Positions 26,161 to 40,240 of a stretch of DNA of 64,000 bases are shown here, piece after piece; the stretch's first letter is position 1; each line of letters opens with the position of its first letter. The stretch lies in NCBI GenBank assembly GCA_965649765.1, contig OZ287751.1, positions 11,470,001 to 11,534,000 of the forward strand, read 5' to 3'. The position numbers and the translations under genes are program-made. Source of the stretch: Bispira polyomma. Taxonomy: Eukaryota. Below the pieces are notes generated by a model. That model had not been told where the DNA came from. It searched no databases and saw only the letters and a list, made by a program, of their open reading frames with translations.

Positions 26161-26947
26161 CATGATTATCCACATCCACATGATTATCCTTATCCACATC
26201 ACAGAAGTAAGTATAATAAGTACAGGACTACATTCACACTCATAATATCATGTCATTTGTGGTGATATTTGTAACATTAAAGTAGGCATTAAAGTGTCCG
26301 ATCCATATCCCCAGAATAGACGTGAAAAGGTTAGTAGTAGACTTGCAAAAAGTTGGTTGAAAAGAACACCCTAATCAACTACCCCGTATTGCAACTTTTG
26401 TGTACCAATAAACTGTCTGTCACTATCATAATACTGAGTTTGTTGAAAGTGATATTAAAAATAAAATATATTAATTGATATATTTAGTGAGTTTGTTGAT
26501 CATAACTTGAAGTAAGGTCATGATGTAATGGTTATGATTTGATTACTTATATTGCAATTGGCTTGTATCTGTATTTAGTTAAAACGTCTACTTGAACCTT
26601 TTTTAAATCAGATGTGAAGTAAAAAAGGCAAGTGTCAAATAATAGGCTTGTCTAATGTATGCAGTAAGGAAATGTACCATTACTTGTGAGCAACGTAATT
26701 TTGATTTGGATATAATAAAAATCAAAACTTCAAATTTAAAGTTGCAAAAAATGAGCTGATCTTAAACTTTTGGTATGGTATCATAAATACCCAGTTAATT
26801 TACAATTAAGATACATATGGTAGCTGATTGAATTGTTATACGGATAGAATTCATACAGTATTTGTTGAAACGTACCTTGCATAAAGATTCACAAAGGTAA
26901 GAGTTAATATGGAGTTCACAATATGATGAAATGCAGAGGTGGTAAAA

Positions 26948-27510
26948 GCCTGGTCACACCTATACGTGCTGGAGCTACGTGTGTGTGACATTTTGAATTG
27001 TTCTGAAACCTACTAAAAAGGTAGTAGAAGGTAATGCAAAAGTGAGGATCCCTGTTGTGTTCATTCCGTGACGATAATTAACGGATTATATCGTTCCAAA
27101 AACGTCTCTGTTCCGTCTACTGTGACAATTGTATCAAACTGTTTGAAACAATTGTGTCACAGCTTCCATTTATCCATGTTTCTCTGTTTCCGAAAGTAGC
27201 ATAGACGTATCAGTAAGTAGCTCTACATAGTCGTAGGTAGTGAGGAAGTCCCAGTAAGTAGTGAGATCGTTTCCACTTGTCTCCGTTAGTCAAAAACGTT
27301 TTACTAAGTAGCAGAAGGCAACAGAACGCACCAGTAAGTAGCAGTATAGTAGATCTACGTTGTAGAAGGTAATGATATCCCACCAGTAAAGTGTTCATTT
27401 TTTGCCCCAGCTCCGTGTGCAGAAGTACCAACATCGTCACAAAACGTCATAAAACGTTACGATCTATGGAAATGACGTCATTTTGACAAGAAACTACCAC
27501 GTTTTTTTAG
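26948..27510. mobile_element. MITE, second copy of the 9351-9791 family (one TIR retained)
   Basis: AGCCTGGTCACACC terminus; internal homology in reverse complement. Confidence 0.72.
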
Positions 27511-28386
27511 TTTATATTGCATGGAAAAGCTGATATGAGGAGGAAGGGGGATTTACAATACTGGTTGACACCTTCTGGTACCACCACTATACAGCCAATA
27601 TGAGAACGGGGGGGGCTACAAGCGGCATGCAGCAGGCTGATTGTTTTCCCTTTCAGTTTGACCGGATTTACACACACAAACAATAAGGTGGGCGGGTAAT
27701 GGGGAGGGGGGCAAAAGGGGAGGCTGGTTATTTGTGTGTGAGTTTGCCCACGTTTTATTATGTCCCCATTTAGCCAGCAATAGTCCTTGGATATTGTTTC
27801 TATTAAATGGCTTGACACCCTTTTTTTCAGAAAAGTAGAGGGAGATTGGGGGGGGGGGGGGTTAAGGGTGACGTGGAACCCTTTTGTCTAGTGTTGCATT
27901 GGAAGAAGGGTATATTTACTATCCCAATACAATGGTGAGCAACTAAATATGGGCATTTGTAAAACAGAATTGATTTGTTTAATGGGGGAGATGAATCAAT
28001 CTGGGAACTTTTACAATGAGCATTATGGCACTCACTAATACGTTTGTGGTGCTGAAAATATTGCATGTTTACAGATACAACATTTATTAGAATCATATAT
28101 GTCCGTAATCAGAGTATCTACATCTAGCAATAAGAAAAGAATCTTTGGAAAAAGCTATGAATAATTGACTAATCGCACAAGCTGAATAGCTGAAAGTACG
28201 AATAGACAAAATTTAAGATATTTTTAAGGATGAAGTGAGATGTCTGTGGATTTCTGTAATAACTGTATTAACTAAAGACACTCCAGTTCAAGTTCACACC
28301 TAGACACCTATTAGCTATATTATCATATCTCATTGGGAAAGCAAACGATTTTGTTGGTTAAAACAAGATCACATGACAAGCTCTTC

Positions 28387-28417
<31 letters not shown>

Positions 28418-29299
28418 CACACATATATATTGTAGTATTTCTACTGCCTTCTGGAGAGTCCCTCCTTTTATACTTGACCATGACATATATGTTTGATAAT
28501 CAATATTCTTTATTCTGTATTATCAGTGTATTAACACAGTAGGGTGTCCTACCCCTCAGGATTTAGTATCTTTACTAGATAACACCATTTCCAGATGGTT
28601 CTATGGCATTTATAACAGTGTTCTCTCATGCTATATATATATATCATTTAAACCTCCAGGTATATGTACCAAATACAGAATACAGGTAAAATTCTCTATC
28701 TGTATTCACTTAAGACTCATTCAATGTGTTTGTATGTGTTTGTATTGATGTGTTATATTACAATACAATATAAACCGGTCATATTATAAATATCAAAATT
28801 AAAGAAATTTTTTGTTGCATTTCATGTGTTTATGTCCTTTTTATAAAAACTTTAGGGAAGATTTGTAAGCAACATATTTAGAAACACACTCTAATTTTGT
28901 GCAATTAACAAAAATTTGTTATATTACAAAGAAAAATTAGTAAATTATTTGAGGCTTACTTGGCTACTATGACTACATGTACACTCCATACATATATTTT
29001 TTTCTTTTTAAAATGAATTTATAAAATGAATGAATGTAAAAAAATATTATTACGTATCACTAGCCGTACTACCCTGTCCTCGTTACACCCACCCAAGCTA
29101 TTTGTATGGGTATGTGTGTAAATTTAAGTCACACAGATAGCATAAACTTTAATGTAAAATAAAACCAAATAAATAGCAAACCTGAATATTGTGCACTGCT
29201 TAAATGAAACATTGCTCAGTAACAGGCAAAAGGGATTCAGTCCAGAGGCGAATCAGGGTGGGGTTTTATTGTGCTGTAGCATCTCGAAATTTTAGTTCG

Positions 29300-29490
29300 T
29301 TAAATTTTACGTCGCTTTCAATAGCTTAGGTCATATTGTAAGGGCCAGCTTTAATAGTGGTACTAAAGCACTGTAAACCACCGACCTACGGCAATAACCT
29401 GACAAACTTGCCCACATGATTCAAACTTATACATTTGTGAGAAGCCAGGGATTATGCAACTGAGGCCTCTAGCCACTAGACCACTGGCCC
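29300..29490 (-). mobile_element. Degenerate tRNA-derived SINE
   Basis: Minus strand starts GGGCCAGTGGTCTAGTGGCTAG (A box); body resembles 38933-39186. Confidence 0.65.
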
Positions 29491-31869
29491 ACTTTAAAAA
29501 ATCACTTGTGGAGCTGCTACAACAAAATGTTAACATTCGTTGCCTGGCCAGTCTTTAAATTTTAACTCACATATGAACACCAAACTAAGTGTAGCTATTA
29601 AAGAAGTCATCTTTATTGAATGATACACTTTTATATTTATTGTGTGTACACATACATGAATGCAAACACATATGCACCAGTCAAAATTAGGAAATGATTT
29701 TTTCCTCGTGTTTGAGTTTATCCTTAGCTCATTTGTCTACCATTATCTGATATTTAAAGTGCCAACTATTTTTTCTTGGTTGCCTAAGTACAGCTAACTA
29801 GAACCAATCACTGTCATAGTAACTGAAGACAGTTCGGCTTGGGGATGATTACTTCTCAACGTTTTGAAGGCAAATTAGTCTGTCACTGGTAATATTCACT
29901 GTGAGAGAGAACCACTGTTTTAAGTTATCAAGGCCATTATGTATCTGCCTTGACTGATAAGCCCCAGACTAGGATCTAACCCAAGTCCTCTGCATTCTAA
30001 ACCCAGTGTGTTGCTGTTTATTGTGCTGAACCTGAAGTTATGTTTGAATTCTGCCTTTCTATCAGTGTCATTTTTTACTGGTATTTCAATATTGTCAAAG
30101 GTACACATTTATGTCGGTCATATTTCTGTTTTCTGAGGAAATTAGGTAGGCAATACGGTAGAAAATACAAGAACATGACTATATGCACTTCAGATATATA
30201 GTTCAGATATATCTTAAGAGCACAAAGATAGTTTTAAACTGTAACGAATAACGACCATTTTTCAGCTTTTGCATACCATCAAGATTTACTAACAATATTC
30301 AAAACAAATAAACTTTCAAAATCCTAATGTATTTTCCTTTTTTTTCATAGAAATATCAATATTTTAGCAGTGGACCATAAACAGGTATATAACTTATTCA
30401 TGTAGAGAATGAATACATACTCACAGCTGAAGCTGCAACACTAGTGCATACTTTGGACACACATACAATGGTACAGACCAGTTGTTCCCTGAATAATTTA
30501 GTGACTTAGCTTAAACCCTGGTAAATATCTACAGCCTAAAATGGTTTACATCTGACTCTGTATGATCTATAATCAAGCCATTATTAGCTCCCTTCTACAA
30601 ATTTTTACACCTTCCCATTGTCGACAAATGTGCATTTTGAGACCATAACACACTTAAAACAAACGTTATCTTCATTCTATATAAGCCATTTATAATACAG
30701 GCTTAGCCTTATTAGACACTATACTATCTCTTAACACAACATATTTTTTTATATAAGGGGCGAATTAGGCACGTGGAGCGAATATCTAACTGAGCTGTAC
30801 ATTTTGGGGATTACGACAATGATGCTGTTTAGCCGGGATCTTTCTCATAGGCTGATGACACTTGATTACTCTGTGTGTGAATATGTGTGTGTGTTGGTAG
30901 TGTGAGTTTGTGGCCACATCAGTCTATATATGTGTGTGTGTGTATCCCTCTTTCTCTGTATATAGTGTGTAACTATTATAGTTATATCAATGTAGAGAGA
31001 ACATAAAAAGAGGAGGGGGCGTAATCAAAGGAAATAGTCTGGATATGAAACATCAATGGCTCGGACTGTTAAAAAAACATGACACCGCTCTCACTCCAGA
31101 CAACCCACAAATTCTAGCTTGGATATGCCTAGTTACCATACACACACACCCACACACACACGCAGTGGTAGATGAGTAGCAATGCTCAGGAGGGGGCTGG
31201 CATATATATATATATATCTGTCCAGTGGTCTGGCTGGTGGTCTCTGAGTTTAAGGCAGTGGGATAGTGTGCTGTATGAGATGCATAGAACTGCTTGTCTC
31301 TGAGCATCTGTGTGATTAACATGGATATCTTGGTATGGTAAAAGAGTGGTAGTTATTTAGAGAAATTAATGGTTGATGTTCTTTTTTGGGGTGGTTGTGG
31401 TAGAAAGTGTTTAACCCCTAAGAGAGGATAACTGCACTTACAGGATAACTAGAAGATGAAATAAAAGGATGATTTTATTGGTTGTTAAATTGCAGTAGCA
31501 TCAACAGGGATGTTTTTGGTTGATGGTTATACATTACATTGTGAAGGAATTTAGATAGTGTCTTGTCTTGTTATTTTTAGAATAAAGTGGTGTGTAAATT
31601 GTGATGAATTTATCTCTTTAAAAATGTATTAATGGAAGTGATGGATTGTTAAAATTTGTAAATAATTGATGAAGAAGATCCATTAAAAGAAGCACCCTAA
31701 AAATATAATATGCTACACACAATATATTCTAGTAAAATTCTCTATTTTAATGGCAACTTCAAATACATATTTCAACTTCTTGTCATTGAACATATTCACT
31801 TAATATAAAAAAATTATATTTGAAAAAAGCATATTCTCATTAGATTAAACCTAAACTTTGGCTCACAAG

Positions 31870-32307
31870 ATGGCACGTTTATACCGGTTTGTCAAGCTTA
31901 ACGATCGTTTCGATACACAGGTTTTCACATTTATCCTACCTGGAACGCTAGGGCAGGACAGCGCACATCGGGATGTTGAATCCAAAGAGTTCCTCTACGG
32001 ACACCAGAAATGGCAGATCCTGATCACGCGAAATGAATCTCACATTGGGGCCTTTCTCCTGCTCAAAAACGCCACAGACGGCCTGACCTGTCATGTAGAT
32101 TTCTACTTCACCTTCACCAATAAGGACCACTTTGCCAAGAATGAAGCGTACTCGGAAAGGAAGTGCAAGTTCACAGCAGAAAAGTTCAAGGTCGGTCGGA
32201 AAACATTTGTTTCCACTGCAGATCTCAACGGCCGTGGCTTTTTACAGGATAACAGTAATTACCTTCTGGATCTAGAATTGAGAGGCATAAGTTCTGTCTT
32301 TGAACAG
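31870..32307 (+). CDS. First coding exon of a host gene with a MATH/TRAF-like domain
   Basis: Acceptor ctcattag at 31843, ATG 31870, 146 codons (SKEFLYGHQKW...IGAFL...VDFYFTF...GRKTFV...GFL...LDLEL, a MATH-like pattern), donor CAG|GTGAGA at 32308 (phase 0); coding-like GC content. Confidence 0.85.
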
Positions 32308-32740
32308 GTGAGATGTTTGTGATACAATGTGTTTATTTAATGTCATCAATGTTATGCATGCAATGCCTATTTTTAGATGTTTTGTGTCCTTTCTTTTTTG
32401 GGGCTACACAGATAAGCTTAGTATAAATCACAGTTAATCAATATAGACCTGGCCGGATGTTGTACTAAATTGCATTAGGAAGGTTGCAATAAATTAGTGC
32501 TTCCATTTAGCTAGTTGTAATAGCTGGGAACACTGAGTCAGATGTTTTTGGCGCTTAACCACAATCCCTCAGCTTTAAGTATTTTTTTTTAAACTTACCC
32601 CTTTCCTTCCCCCAAAATAACTGTTCAGACATGTCTGTCTGCCCTATACACAATACATTTACAAAGTCCGTTAGTATGACTGCAAGTCTGCAATGAGATT
32701 TAACATTTTATTTAACAGCATGTCAGAATTTATTTACTCA

Positions 32741-32743
<3 letters not shown>

Positions 32744-32778
<35 letters not shown>
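32744..32778. repeat. (TA)n microsatellite
   Basis: Direct reading. Confidence 0.95.
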
Positions 32779-32782
<4 letters not shown>

Positions 32783-33296
32783 CATACAAGATATATATCG
32801 GATATATTCAGTCCCCAAATACTTAACTTAATCTAAAATGGGTGTATTTTTATTATTGATACATTTGATATTAATATACACAGTGTTCAACTTAGTGTAA
32901 ACAAATTAGTCAATTTCATCAACTCAGTTCAATCATATTTATGTCTAATATTAAACTAAATCTTCTATTGTGTGACAAAATGTGTTTTTATCTATTAAAA
33001 TGTTCAAATTAATAGAGATTTTACAACATGTGTTACAGAGGAGTGTAACTTTTGTCCATCAGTATACTTTCTCCTAATTAAAGACTCTCAGAATGTGCAA
33101 TGCATTCCACACACCCTCAGGGTCCCAAAGAACACAGGTGGATTATAAGAACGCTAATTTGTACTCATTGTTTCTATTTACATTCAGTCTAGTTACCTGC
33201 CCCCCATACCCTCCTAATTTACAATCCCATATGAAAGGGACATAGTTGACGGAAACAGAACCCAATCTCCTGTGAAAGACCTTAGCAGTATTGCAG

Positions 33297-33403
33297 GGCC
33301 CGTATTCACGAAAGGACTTAGCCAGGTCTTAGGCTTAAATCTAGCACAAAAGTATACTGATTTAAGCCTAAGACCTGACTAAGTTCCTTCGTGAATACGG
33401 CCC
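33297..33403. mobile_element. 107-bp palindromic MITE (PIF/Harbinger-like)
   Basis: ~45-bp TIRs GGCCCGTATTCACGAA.../...TTCGTGAATACGGCCC; CAG on both flanks (3-bp TSD). Confidence 0.85.
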
Positions 33404-34967
33404 CAGAGCAATTGGGGGGTCTTTGGAAGGCATTTAGTTCACGCAAACAAATCCACACCTGGTCCCAATATTCTCACAAATCTTCTCTCCTGATTTAAAT
33501 TGGGGTCATTGTACATCAGTTGTCAGGGGGCATATAAAAATCTGGCTACATATATTTGAAATCCACATTTAAAGCTCTATTGAAGTAAGTAGGTCACAAG
33601 TACGGGCGGCCTTCATATAAAACTGTTTCCAACCAATTTTGAGTTGAGTCTGAGTTTTAAATTATTGAATTCAATCCCATAGACATAGATTTAACTCACG
33701 CCGGTCCAGCACTAAACATATCGAAATCTATATCTTGTTTGGCTTCAGCATTGAATATGTCCATGAAATGCATGGTCACAAGTATATGCTACATGCATGT
33801 ACAAGGATTTTTACCACAACATTGATCTGAAGTTTAAGTTGTTTTCTAGGAAACGGGCCCATGTGTAGCATTTATAAATTACCCCTTTTACATTACCCCC
33901 TCCCCTATTAAATTGCCCCCAATTCTAGATTACCTCGCCCACCCATGTTCTGTAGCAAAATAATGTTTAACTAATAGATGTAGGGTATAAACATCAGCAT
34001 GAATGGGCAGAACAAAATCGATTTGATGTTGCTCCTGGAGGTAATTTGAAAATTTAAGTTGCTGGTTGGTAACTACAATACATGGAGCCTTACATTATAT
34101 ATAGAAATGTTGTCAAGCACAAACTGGTACACCCGTAACTCAAACCTTCAGGCATTTTAACAGTCACTGCAAATGTTATAACAATTGCATGACAATTCAG
34201 TCGCCAAATAATAACCGTTTACTGTAGGCATAAATTTAGTAGATTACTGTATGGGGTGACAACCGGACAGTTGACACCACCTTAACCAATGAGCTGTTCT
34301 GGGTTTGGCCCCAACCTTTCATACACTGGTCATTCTAATTCTAGAAACCAGAGAGGAAAGTCAATATAAATCTCTCCCGCCCACCACCCTTTATTATAAA
34401 TATTAGAATCCTACCTGGGTTGTTGGAACCCAGACACTGTGTAGAATGATCTTTACTTCTATACCTTCACCTGAGCCTTAGGCAAGCCAGGGTAGAATAG
34501 AGGCTCTGGAAGTAAGGATCTTCTGCTAGGCGACTAGGTGCTGCAGGTGTCGGGCTCCCACCCCAGACGGATACAAATAATCATATAATATGGAAATATT
34601 CTTCTCAAACCCATCTCTCATAGGGAGCACAGTGCATATATGAGCATTTTATATGTTTTACCTGTAACTTTTAATATTATACATGTATACATTATAATAA
34701 TGTATTGATTATAGACGTAACTTATAGATGGTCTATGTATTATCTTTTTGGGTCCTTGTTGACCATGTTAATATGCATTGGGCATAAAATTTTAAAAGTT
34801 TTAAATCTTTTAAAATTTGTAAAGTTGTAACATATAAAATGTGTAAAATAAATATTCCCAAACCAACGTCTGACTTCTTACATCTACCTCCTACTTTATT
34901 AGAAAATAGTACTAGTACTGTGAAGGAGTGAGCTGTGTGGCATGGTTGTCAGGGTACCAGTGTACAA

Positions 34968-36120
34968 ATTATTATTATTTATTATTATTATTATTATAGA
35001 TTTTTAACGCGCTTTATTGATGCTAGGCATCTTCTAAAGCGCAACGGCAGAATCATTAGTCCAATCATTAAGTCCATGGAAATTGCAGAGTCGTAAGGAA
35101 GGAAGTGGGAGCGTGCACGAGGAAAGCTAAGGTGGGTAGGCAAGATTAAAAAGATAGGTTTTAAGCTTTTTCCTAAAACCGATAAGTGTGTCAACTGATC
35201 TGAGGTCAACTGCGAGACTGTTCCATAACCGTGGAGCTGCGGTGGAGAACGCTCTGAAACCCGCCTTTCTGATTGGTCTGACTGAAGTGACAGAGAGTCT
35301 GTTGCCTCTCTTGTGGTTACTGAAGGAAAGAAGGGAGGCAAGGTAGGGTGGCTGTTGAGTGATTACAGCCTTAAAAGTGATAACGTGAATTTTAAACAAA
35401 ATTCGAGATTTAATGGGCAACCAGTGTAATTTTTTGAGGTAAGGAGTGACGTCTGTGCGACAACCCAGGCGAAAAATGACCCTACATAGGTAGTTTTGGA
35501 TGGACTGGAGCTTTTTAATGTTTGACTTATTTGCTTTGTACAAGAGAGAATTGCAGTAGTTGAGGCGGCTACTTACAAGGGCATTTGCCACAGTTATCGC
35601 TGTGTCCATGGACAAGTGGTTTCTGATTCTTTTGATGTCGTGTATGTGGTAATAGCAGGAGCGACAGATGTTGGCAACATGAGTATCGAACAAAAAAGCT
35701 GAATCAAAAGTGACACCCAGGTTTATAGCATTTTCGGAAGGTAGTATGTCTTTTCCCAGCAGGGAGATGGGAAACAAAGATTTTAGGAGTTCACTGTTTT
35801 TCTTGTTTCCTATGAGGATGAATTCTGTTTTGTCAGGGTTAAGCTTTAGTTTGGAGTAGTTCATCCACGCCTGGACATCAGACAGACAGTCTGCAAGTAG
35901 GTCTATGTTAGTATCTGCGTTTTGTGGATTGAGGGAGAAATAGACTTGAGTGTCGTCAGCATACATGTGGTGTTTTATATTGTGTTTATTGATGACAGTG
36001 CTGAGAGGATGTGTATAAAGGGTGAAAAGTAGAGGACCAAAGACGGATCCCTGGGGTACTCCATATGGAAGTTTTATGGAAGATGATAGGTGATCATCTA
36101 GTTAAATTCTTTGTGCCCTA
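34968..36120 (-). mobile_element. 5'-truncated L2/CR1-clade LINE
   Basis: [42 protein letters not shown]; short 3' UTR; (AAT)n tail 34968-34996. Confidence 0.95.
35127..36100 (-). pseudogene. LINE ORF2 C-terminal RT fragment
   Basis: ORF 35127-35966, with the frame open upstream to ~36100. Confidence 0.92.
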
Positions 36121-36889
36121 AGAGAAAATACCCATTCTTACCTTGTAGAAATACCTTGTCTGATCTCCAAGTTTAAGTGAAGTACTGTGTACCAGTGATT
36201 GCGTATAAATACATACAGATAAGAATAAAGCGGCCATTTCTCATTATTAACCATGTGGTTATAAATGAAAATCGCTTCTTTACCTTCCAAATGTGGGTAT
36301 TGACAAAAATACATACTTTGATTATGGTAAAGTGGCAACACACTTACCTCCCACCTCTGTCGTTGTGGGTTCGATCTCGTCCCTGGTGTAACTATAACCA
36401 GTTATCCTGCATTATCATGATTTCATCCACCAGTGAAGCTCTGTCAGTAACTCATTAAAGCATCAAAAGTAAATTATCACTGGTTGGGTAATGCAACATG
36501 CCATAGATCTTTAGTGCCAGTGTAACTGCAGTCAGATTATAACTCACATGTGTGTGTGTGTATTATAATGTTCTAATAATTTGCTTTTCATTTGTGGATT
36601 TGTGGTTTTATTAGTTTCTCTGGTTACAGCTCGAGGTTTAATACTATATTTTTAACATATTCCATACACTTGATGTATAAAATATTGATACAAATATAAA
36701 TATATAAAGAACAACCGGAATGGACAGAATTAATATTAATATATTATTAATATAATATCACCAGACCTTTTACACAACCATAGCCCAGGGGTACTACACT
36801 GGCTTTTCCTAATAGCATGACCCTGGTTCAAAGAAAAGACTGTATTTTAAGCCTAACCACCAATAAGCCAAGCAAGTGATTATATCTTT

Positions 36890-37250
36890 TTGACAACTAA
36901 ATAGAGCAAGCAGTGGTTAGTCATAAAATATTTACTGAGTTGACGAAAAACAAAACAACTGTAGCAAAGCTTTACTGTACCTGTTACCTGGACAGACAGA
37001 ACCTGGAAATACAATTAAATGTTTTAATAATTCAACAATAGATCGTTGAAACATACACAGACCTAAAACAAATACAGACATGGTAGAACATGTATCTATA
37101 CATTACGACTTGCTTTGTTGTGTTAATTGAGAATAGCTCTTTAGTTTCAGGCTGATATGAACCAACTTTTCTATTAAAGCACTAGTACAAACTACAAATA
37201 GCAGCACTCAGTAGAACACATATTTCGCCATGAGGTGCAAAATCCAAAGG
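36890..37250. repeat. Diverged direct repeat, copy 1 (copy 2 at 39928-40240)
   Basis: Colinear similarity, e.g. tgacaact.aatagagcaagca, aaagctttactgtacctgtta, aaacaaatacagacatggtagaa, agaatagctctttagttt. Confidence 0.85.
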
Positions 37251-37559
37251 ACCCGGTGTTTTAGCCACAAGCTTATTAGAGCTATCAAAGTTGATCTATC
37301 TGATAGCTTGTCAAACATTATGTGAATAACTTATTTGAACAAAACACATATCCTAGAAGTTTTTAGGATAAGGTAGACACTCATTAAAGCGCACAAAAGT
37401 ACTCTGTACTACCTAACTTTTATCCTGATCTGACATAACTTTGCTTCAGTTTTTTGGTGAGATTGTAAAAGAGAAATGGAATTGTATATAGTAGAATGTA
37501 ATACTTTAAAACAAATAGTAAACTCTGTCTAGTTCTAAAGGAACATAATACTAGACAAT

Positions 37560-37780
37560 ATTAGATCCCAGAAAATCCTCTCTGGTTTCAGAAGCAACCT
37601 TAAGAACCATCTCGTCATCCTCGCTTACCCTTCCTAGAAATCTTACTCATCCACATCACCTTCCAATCACGATTATGCATAGGAAACGGACTACGATTCT
37701 AACAACTTTGTCAATGATGTTGCGCTTTAAAAGCTCCCTTGCAACAACTGGGCGTGTTAAAAATCAATTATATTATATAT
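37560..37780 (+). mobile_element. 3' end fragment of a second L2-like LINE
   Basis: Translates LSGFRSNLKNHLVILAYPS*, followed by a UTR with ttgcgcttt...gcgtgttaaaaatc like the LINE above. Confidence 0.7.
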
Positions 37781-37859
37781 CATATCAGGTGTGTGAGTTA
37801 AGCTTCTACTATTGATGCCATCAATAAGAACGAATCGTATCGGTATAATGGTGTTTAAA

Positions 37860-38101
37860 TACCTCCACCAAGGTAGATATGTTTTCACGTGTGTCCATTG
37901 GTTGGTTTGATGGTTACCATGGATTTCACAGAAACTGCTGTAGTAAGTTATTTACGTGAAATTTGGTGAAACTTGGCCCAATGAAAAATTCAGTAAATTA
38001 TTTAACAGATATTTGTGGAAGGGTAGATTTAGGAATATTTTTTACTATGATTGCTTGTTGTGCTTTGGCGGAGGTGTACGCTCTACTGAGCACCATTCTA
38101 G
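37860..38101 (+). mobile_element. Helentron/Helitron-associated non-autonomous element (HINE-like)
   Basis: Subterminal IR cctccaccaa / ttggcggagg, 3' hairpin gctctactgagc, ends in CTAG followed by a T-run. Confidence 0.75.
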
Positions 38102-38932
38102 TTTTTTGATATATTACTTACAGAATATAATACACCCTTGTGTTTGCATATGTTATATTTTATTTAAAACATTCGATCTTAAGAGCTCAGAGATTATTAT
38201 TTTTTTTTTATAAAAAAATTATATCGTCCCAATAAAAGTGTGTTTTTTGTTTCATTTTGACACTTGATAGGTATATCATGAATTATAGAACAAAAGTAAA
38301 ATATCTTAATTGTTTCGGGTAAATGAAACGCACAGCCCAAAAAATCTCTGTATGAAACCATTTCACACTAATGTAGTATCAATTCGATAAAGGCCTTTAG
38401 TATTTGCTGTGAAATTATATGTGCCACGCTTGAAAGGATCCATTTTATCTCACCTTTAGAATGTGAGGCATTATATGGTCTGATTGCATTTCATAGTATA
38501 TTCAGCAACATACTAAGGTATCAAAGGGAGGTTAGTTAATGTTGTTGAAACCATGTAATAGGAAGATCAGTTATTTTGACACAAAATGTTTTTCAAAATG
38601 CTAACCTCTTAAAGACAGTGGGTTCAATTTCCACAGTTTCACCCTTGTGTCAAAATTTGCCAGGTACTTGTTGTAGATTGGTGGTTCACAGTACAAGTTT
38701 TACTTATTTTTTGCACCAATAAATCTGGTGGACACAATATGACTGAAGTGACATAAAAACCGAAATCCACTCATACTGAATGTGTATTTGCCCTCCTCTG
38801 TTGCATGCTGTTGGACAACACTATTCTCGTTTTTCCTTTGGAACCATATTTATAATATGACAAAACCATTTTATAGCTGAAGGTGTAAAAACAAAATATG
38901 TATGTTCTTTCTGCATTAAAAGTGATTGTCGC

Positions 38933-39186
38933 TTTGAATTTGAATTGGGATATTTAACATCCACTCTAGTACCTGTTTAGGTTATATTGGGACGGGTAGT
39001 TCGAAACGCTGGAGGAAACAGTGCATACAGTTGATCAAGGTTCTGCACTGAAACCAGCGGCCCACAGTAAGGAACTACCACCTTTCCCACATAGGCATCG
39101 ACGGGATTCGAACTCACGCCGCCCAGAGGTGAGAGACCAGTCATTGTGAAGCGTAATGCTTGCTAACCACTAGGCCACCGCGGCCC
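38933..39186 (-). mobile_element. Full-length tRNA-derived SINE
   Basis: A box TGGCCTAGTGG, B box GTTCGAATCC, (ATTCAA)n tail, 16-bp TSD TAAAAGTGAYTGTCGC (38917-38932 / 39187-39202). Confidence 0.92.
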
Positions 39187-39927
39187 TAAAAGTGACTGTC
39201 GCCTTGGAATACAAATGAAAGACGTTTGAAGCCCCTAATTGTGGACCTTTATTGCAAAATAGTCCCCCTTTCGCCATTGTCTTGGAAGTTGTCAGTTCAA
39301 CAAAAATAACCTTTTTTTTCTAAAGGAAACGACTGCTTCACTTCTCTCTAAAGTGAGGCTGATATTGCAACATTTTTGTCTAAGCTAGTATTTACCCTGC
39401 TCAAAAAAAGGTGATCTCCTAAAAAAATTCAACCTCACATCAGACTCAAGCTCAAGCTTCAAATGAATTGTCAAAAGTATGGATTATTCCCATGTAAAGG
39501 AATTTCACATCGCCTATCCACGAAGGTTTTCTTAGGAGAATACAGGACCTAAACTTATAACAATTAGCTGTGTCATTTTACTAGTATAGTAAATTACTAG
39601 AACTATCAAAATAGAGGAGGATGATAGTACCATATTTTTGTAAACTGTGTTTGGAAAGGTGGCCTTGTCATAAAAGAAGGACAATAGAAATCCTAAAGCG
39701 TATATTTCTCAGGTGATAACCTATTGTTATTTTAGCAGTTCATGCCATTTTCCAAGTAAGGCACACTAGCATAACCCGTTCTCCCAGTAAAAGTCATGTT
39801 ACCGATATGTCTGAAAATGTGGACATACATATACTTCAATACACATAAATAATTAAAGAATACTAGACAAAGCAAAGACAGTATTGCACCCAACCATAAA
39901 TAATCGAAGGAACTGATGATATTTCAT

Positions 39928-40240
39928 TGACAACTGAATAGAGCAAGCACAGTGAATCATAAAATATTCACTGAATTAAAAAAAAGACACAAATGTAACA
40001 AAGCTTTACTGTACCTGTTATGGCAGATAGAACCTGGAAACACAATTAAGGGTCTCAATAATGCCACAAAAGATCATTGAATAGAACTAAAACAAATACA
40101 GACATGGTAGAATGTGTATCTAAAATACAACTTTCTGTTTTCTGGCAACTAAGAATAGCTCTTTAGTTTTTGGCTGAAATTAATCAACTTCTTTCGAACC
40201 AGTAGTAAAAATACCAGGAGCATGCAGTAGAGGACATTTC
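39928..40240. repeat. Diverged direct repeat, copy 2
   Basis: See 36890-37250. Confidence 0.85.

Noticed and set aside
39090-39186. tRNA gene
   Set aside because: A and B boxes present but no cloverleaf, and it carries a SINE body, tail and TSD
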